DNA of 64,000 nucleotides from a virus (Duplodnaviria; Caudoviricetes): IMG/VR virus record IMGVR_UViG_3300031992_000012, positions 141,082 to 205,081 of that record; one strand, 5' to 3'. Shown piece by piece: positions 61,601 to 64,000 of this stretch (position 1 is its first letter; each line of letters starts with the position of its first letter). The notes under the pieces were generated by a model. It saw only the letters and a program-made list of their open reading frames with translations, ran no database searches and was not told where the DNA came from. The position numbers and the translations under genes were made by a program.

Positions 61601-61956
61601 CAGGCACATACCTCAAGTACAACAACGGCTACTGGGAGACGCTCGACACGGACGCGTACACCATGACGGCCCAGCAGACCGCCGCCAACCCTGCGTACAC
61701 ATGGCGTGCGTTCCCATGGGCAGTGGCCAGCGGCTGGGTCAGGAAGTTCGACCCTGCGACGTTCTTCGCGATTACCGTCGGGGGAAGTGCGTCGACTTAT
61801 TTGCCGGACTACTATTACACGACGACCAACGGTTCCCGTGTCGTGTACCTCGGTGGCGTCGCTTACAACGGGTCCGGCGATGGCATGGCGTTTCGGAACG
61901 TGAGCAACGGGCTGACGGGCGCTGCCGTGTACATCTCGGGTCGCCTCTCGGCATAA
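52645..61956 (+). CDS. giant modular tail fibre/adhesin, DGR target with C-terminal CLec-type domain
   Basis: 3103 aa; N-terminal Ala-rich repeats; repeated modules; YRGIENPFGETW and RVVYLGG...SGRL C-terminus typical of DGR CLec targets. Confidence 0.85.
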   Translation: MSFVVKAIVYMTASEFDAVEVKRGDILYVVDYGDRLRSYLGDIPVESLTFSDFTQDQIDEIKSAAQEAAEASAAVAVQAAEAASASENATKGYMDNAKVYADKAALAEGYDESARKAAVSALNAATSANTSLLRTIAERVLAQSYAIGGTNTRPGEDTDNAKYYMRRAQAAAEGVDQDFSYIESIKDHVDEQSAHVDDVAQTTEGYMDAAEASKQAAETAQGKAETAQGKAEDAQGAAEAAQQAAETAQGKAEDAQQAAETAQGKAEDAQSKAEIAQGKAEDAQQAAETAQAAAETAQGKAEDAQDAAEGAQTAAETAQGKAEDAQMAAETAQGKAEDAQQAAETAKSLAETAQGKAEDAQQAAETANSLAETAQGKAEDAKQAAEDAQGAAEDAQGAAETAQGKAEDAQQAAETAQGEADGSATAAAASAKLSESWAVGGTGVRDGENTNNAAYWAEEARKLSPDGKADKVLGGDTDGMVAGLDATGNLTNTEIPSGNVAQKDGYYGKEGLGAATAENLIDPNATPEPATFGFRTAAGDLSITDGKGVVHTQFGSTEIVNQIVAPSSVKTVQGEGVVQVADAVGGQVKGLALTAPRSVVLNQQATATQDVTATGDGVAQLENAAAGNATALRMTAPRSVVVNQLVQNGDFSNGTTGWDGVGYGTLSVSNNVCYFTLVSNALAARLQCPINVLKGHTYIIQLTIKAAKDTSILIGVSSNLSAFGYQSISAGVTTTYSNRVTITDNADLLYLYCNRSQTLEVGDIVEYSNIMLVDLTQYFNGDQTLIDSITSWDDLVAYDPRFASYVEYNTGTVEGVQPTVKVSGKNLFDQSRFLTEVTRCTLTQDGYYTAPTANFYAIYYINNGSLLPSSAFKQGVQYTVRALGYGNRTDGANFYITIFHTDGTHVNSPGTTSTATEITITSTQGKTVNRICFTWGGGNTSYIKDVQIEIASSATPYEPYYAGGTVQAPAPLFAVGTAADEFEAVSGVTTRNARQVTLPATGWNTYGFSTWKGFSCLNVLPVAENRPFYISSNSMIPGIPKGTTHTPNNIVHAWIGVNGTTSVFVAWNENVTPPAAWLTDGEPDVNKFMTWLAANPVTLCYATSSPTTSQSTPTQISLQAGSNVAMQTDGGRTASLSATYPATVYDKAILPSRTYLHKHGSTVVKISSQSTVTLDGSDQLVDLTQLFNNDTTTVAAVNTWDDLVARVPAYAATMAYNPGAVTGTVPAVRVTGKNLLNINRPVGTLTSGASPTNRSELSDDYVYLGLTFGNHYYPNRVASYTIGADTCSGVTGSPANCGLSYPVRVKANTQYTISCLSLNGKVRMSFYTSSGVYITTNEISIPANVTYTTFTTPVDCSIVLVTMYSSEVNTAWEVVKPQLELGSVATAYEPYHDGGTATSPSELFAVGSAADEFEAVSGKLTHKFKSVDMGTLNWYDNSTYGGFYAYLNTDALSRGEMICPKYVYVGIFNNLADKTLAYIYTRAVIVQDSAYSDAATFKTAMSGVMLYYELATPTEESSTPQPVSFQQGNNVIAQSSQDLPGVAISAGYDGTEYDLKLVNGSKYVIVDNGVAAYRTASSSNNTLPVHGGSTMVHNLTQWFGKGYEPVSVDAFYSRYPSLKGYAMPYNRGSVLNYKGTAVRTEGFNFYNPATGTARLLGGHQYQICGTYASCSYADRWGNAEELDIDEEGIFTPVNNGTLTVVGGNATDTCVHLTWSGYRNFGKDEYQWEPFWQVTTPLNVLDSFPEGMNGIQNKGTGTTDVNVRDELTVTGYVKRIEVVDGGDLTYNNYNDGSAAPAAYPWGYCSFGIPGKKAGDMNMQCPYYTPVTTFTSQNKSILATRTNTTCYIVDSSFIGLTGEQIKERMTGVKIYFETATPVSVTFPETRLITYPVSDFGTEELLPADDEPGIPSTTWLDGLIQYEQDFLRLLINFSKIYSVLKHIADNADHIVYDDDTAPNLIAGNAWNLIDREARGTMREFSYDSVNGTNDVTDGTAIAQSVQGQTLMANQLVQDSVVKTAQGTGQVEVEDAVAGDISSLVVEGRSLVKNQLVPPTMTNTKNSSNGRLGITDGVAGNAVGVTLRGGCVVHNQLVKESVEKIVTGTGRLGCEDGVAGDAKSLVMTAPRSVVMNQLVTPRASAEEVYGLTRVNNNNGSIRIYGTCTSRDNFTLTINFPVIQNHVYAAFFMGASSYTNGLIVFLAQVSSTYFVKVTANNSLSSSIALQVTNGDTIDLTIFPMCVDLTQYFNGDTARINSIQTWDDLVAYDSSFASYVPYNTGTVQGVTPSVKVNHATDVACPVELFGVDDTVGDSFDGVSGVVTRRIGVVDLGTLKWEGYHEPSDNYPNGYTTTILLSKQSGTTNFICPVYPYSTSGSANKVIRGNSSNGRIIIQDSALLNKTSEELTSALSGIMLYYELATPTTEQYTPTTIPTVDIYNCAIQTAGTRQCSLSLTYDGREQTIALDPTHTYVFLDNMTDSSLITEQSSIDAVGGEDMLVDVTQLYNGDSTKISQIKRWASLSTRFHRYRELLPYNPGTVEPDTPVVRVFPNEHAYGAVYDPSLSSPTLKWVELNNGVITEKASFEEFSSTPCHDIWRCVMDDLATRHVNYYLDDNDSDKKYNGTRLGVTSDGSASVLTGEDGDVMSRFPVSHWYMDEDYEGEGKVLWLISDRPFMGTWAPSEIHDFFYVGSGGSTPSDQFVGSFKAVVCDEDGVALNTTEGALAQATGTAATNKVRSVAGALPYVNANLDTMETRARRNGGHMTNTKFLQWLTLLMVIEEGTLNTQAEHAGYSNGINNAFCFWRKSGRVNAGNGTAEIFAEEDSQDMDNFQSLKVGSTTVQRDTLMDADGRYAWSIYNRGASSTRYFTDSPTPANGDTVYSESTGDTTAGTVSSYTIRAASARAIQFQYRGIENPFGETWTFEHGIQVYNDAALSVIRVDNVNYTRDPSMDGPASRAFVHEGEYRWVGLTLPSNAHAFLDADLTQDSGYVATGTYLKYNNGYWETLDTDAYTMTAQQTAANPAYTWRAFPWAVASGWVRKFDPATFFAITVGGSASTYLPDYYYTTTNGSRVVYLGGVAYNGSGDGMAFRNVSNGLTGAAVYISGRLSA
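53269..53920 (+). repeat. coding tandem repeat (7/14-aa units, AETAQGK-AEDAQQA)
   Basis: Degenerate 21/42-bp repeats encoding a coiled-coil stalk. Confidence 0.85.
61838..61950 (+). repeat. DGR variable repeat (VR)
   Basis: 113-bp ungapped match to 62270-62382 with 14 mismatches, all at TR adenines. Confidence 0.95.
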
Positions 61957-62269
61957 CGCAGGTGGCGTGGAGAACGACGAGGAGCGCAGTGAACGCAGGG
62001 TCCGTGGTGGCCGTAAGGCACGATATGGCCGCCATGGACGCTAGGCGCGTGATGGGCGCAGGGCACGCAGCGAGCCGCCGCATGGCGGCGAGCGGGAAAC
62101 GCGGCCGAGCGAAGCGAGGACGAAAAAAAAAAACAAACGGAACATCTTGACAGCATGCCATACGGCGTGCTATCTTGAAAAACAAGCCAGGGGCTGCTAC
62201 GAGTCCCTGGCCATCCATCCTGGACAGACCCTCGCAGGGCCGGATGGACGGGATCGACCTACTCGAGTT

Positions 62270-62382
62270 GTGTCGTGTACCTCGGTGGCAACGCTAACAA
62301 CGGGTCCAACGATGGCATGGCGAATCGGAACGTGAACAACGGGCTGACGAACGCTAACGTGAACATCTCGGGTCGCCTATCG
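62270..62382 (+). ncRNA. DGR template repeat (TR)
   Basis: AAC-rich copy of VR, located between the target gene and the RT. Confidence 0.95.
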
Positions 62383-62613
62383 ACTCAGTTTACAAACGCC
62401 GTTTCCGGCGGCGTCAAGGATAATGGGTCGGTCTCGTGACCGACAAGACTCTTCAGGAGAAGAGCCGCGACGGGCGATCCCGTTCCCTCCAAGGACGGGG
62501 CGCACGGAACGCGGCGGTCAATGGAACCAGTGAATCTCATAAAGGCTCTGAGTAGATACAGCTTCATATCGAAAACAGCCCTCAATGAGCCGAGACAGGA
62601 ATAAGAAAAGGCA

Positions 62614-63645
62614 ATGAAACGCATAGGCGGCGACATAATGGAGCGCATAGCCTCCATAGCCAACATAGAGGCGGCGGTCGACGAGTCCCTCCGTCACAGG
62701 AGCAAACGGAACGCCCTTACCAGGGCCTCCGAGACTTTCCTCGAGCACCGCACCGAAAATGTCGCCCTTATCCGGGAGAGCCTCCTGTCCGGGAACATGC
62801 CGGAAATCACCTACAGGACGTTCGTGCGCAAGGAGCACGGGAAGGAGCGCCGGATCGACTGGAACCCGTCCTTCCGGGACAATGTCGTCCAGCACGCCAT
62901 CGTCAGGGTCGCCGGGCCGATGCTCGTGGCCAAGATGATACCGGACACCTACAGCGGCATAAAGGGAAGGGGCCCGTCCTACGGTCTGGCCCGCCTCAGG
63001 GAATATGTAAGGGGGTTCGACGGCCGCCCCTTGTTAGTGCTGAAGATGGACATCCGGCAGTTCTATCCGTCTATAAACACGCGGAAGCTCAAGCGGATGC
63101 TTCGCCGGTACATCAAGTCGAAACTTCTTCTGAAGATCCTTGACGGCATCATCGACAGCCATCCGGACGGGCTTCCCATAGGGAACTACATATCCCAGCT
63201 TCTGGCCAACCTATACCTCACCGAGTTCGACCACTGGCTGAGACGCGAGTTCGGGGCCGTCGTGCTCCGCTACTGCGACGACATCATCATACTGGCCGAC
63301 AGCAAGGCGAAGCTGTGGGGCATTCTCGGAAGCGCCAGGGCGTTTCTGGAAAGGTCCGGCCTTTCCGTCAAGAACGATGTCCAGGTCTTCCCGATCGAAC
63401 GCCATGGAATCGACTTCATGGGCTTCGTCGCGGAAAGGCGCACCGTCCGCCTGAGGAAACGTATCGAGCGTTCAATGAGACGTTCGGCCAGACGCTTCAA
63501 CGAGGCGCCTTCCGTCAAGCGGTACTCGTCGCTCGCGTCCTACTACGGGTGGACCAAGGCCGTCTCCCGTGGCGGTTTTCTGTGGAAGAGAGTCGTTGGG
63601 AAACCGCTTGACGTGTGTCTCGCCGAGAGCAAGGAGGCCGCATGA
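62614..63645 (+). CDS. DGR reverse transcriptase
   Basis: KERRI, RDNVVQHA, KMDIRQFYPSI, GLPIGNYISQLLANLYL, RYCDD, IDFMGF; adjacent to TR. Confidence 0.93.
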   Translation: MKRIGGDIMERIASIANIEAAVDESLRHRSKRNALTRASETFLEHRTENVALIRESLLSGNMPEITYRTFVRKEHGKERRIDWNPSFRDNVVQHAIVRVAGPMLVAKMIPDTYSGIKGRGPSYGLARLREYVRGFDGRPLLVLKMDIRQFYPSINTRKLKRMLRRYIKSKLLLKILDGIIDSHPDGLPIGNYISQLLANLYLTEFDHWLRREFGAVVLRYCDDIIILADSKAKLWGILGSARAFLERSGLSVKNDVQVFPIERHGIDFMGFVAERRTVRLRKRIERSMRRSARRFNEAPSVKRYSSLASYYGWTKAVSRGGFLWKRVVGKPLDVCLAESKEAA

Positions 63646-63947
63646 TGCGCCTGACGGATGTTGTCAAGCCCAGACGGAAGATAGAGGGTGCGCGGGCTGA
63701 TTATAAAAACCAGGTCAAGGGGAGGGATCTGGAGTTCACGGACTGGGGACCGTTCACCAACAAGTACGGCCCCGGGTTCATATTCCAGTTCTGGCAGGAC
63801 GGTGTCCCCTACGTTTTCATAACCCACTCGGAGCAACTGAAGAAAGCCGCGATCGCCTGGGAGACGGAACGGGGAAAGGAGCCTTTCACGGCAAAGGTTA
63901 CGGAAAAGACGACGAAGGACGGCAAAACCGTTTACGTTTTTGAATGA
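63642..63947 (+). CDS. small beta-rich protein coupled to the DGR RT (candidate accessory)
   Basis: AAGGAGG RBS, ATGA overlap with the RT stop; 101 aa; beta-strand pattern, unlike helical Avd. Confidence 0.65.
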   Translation: MMRLTDVVKPRRKIEGARADYKNQVKGRDLEFTDWGPFTNKYGPGFIFQFWQDGVPYVFITHSEQLKKAAIAWETERGKEPFTAKVTEKTTKDGKTVYVFE

Positions 63948-64000
63948 CAGGCATACAACACACAGGAACATCCCGATGAACATAACAGCCAATGCAGCCA

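Noticed and set aside
62147-62335. 62-aa ORF over TR as a possible Avd
   Set aside because: Too short, TTG start, no helical-bundle character, and it overlaps the structured TR RNA

Overview
A 64-kb segment of a large, GC-rich tailed dsDNA phage genome, read with the standard genetic code. In order it holds: putative virion/baseplate genes (0.2-5.9 kb); small genes and a terminase large subunit on the minus strand (10.7-12.4 kb); a ~4-kb mostly non-coding RNA island (12.4-16.45 kb); a long + strand operon; an AT-rich intergenic region with long perfect palindromes (49.7-50.1 kb); and a tail-fibre module ending in a 3103-aa protein diversified by a DGR (VR, TR with adenine-only differences, RT). 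The + strand operon encodes RuvC, a phosphoesterase, a ubiquitin-like conjugation cassette (Ubl, E2-like, JAB, E1/ThiF), a retron-type reverse transcriptase, SbcD, a GcvH-like protein, SbcC, helicases, primase, ThyX, dUTPase, a family-A DNA polymerase split by a group I intron with a homing endonuclease, and a RecA-like protein. The main discovery is in the RNA island. Around 7 canonical and 2 atypical tRNAs lie two tandem arrays totalling 11 clear units (plus 2-3 degenerate ones) of about 110-195 nt. The units share no extended sequence repeat but have the same retron msr-msd-like architecture: closing inverted repeat, G-rich start, 7-8-bp stem with 3-nt loop, long hairpin, AAAG/AAGG, closing arm. 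The retron-type RT 7 kb downstream has no room for an ncRNA of its own. The inference is a phage 'multiplexed retron': one RT serving an array of diverse ncRNA templates. All assignments come from motif reading by eye; no database searches or folding programs were run.
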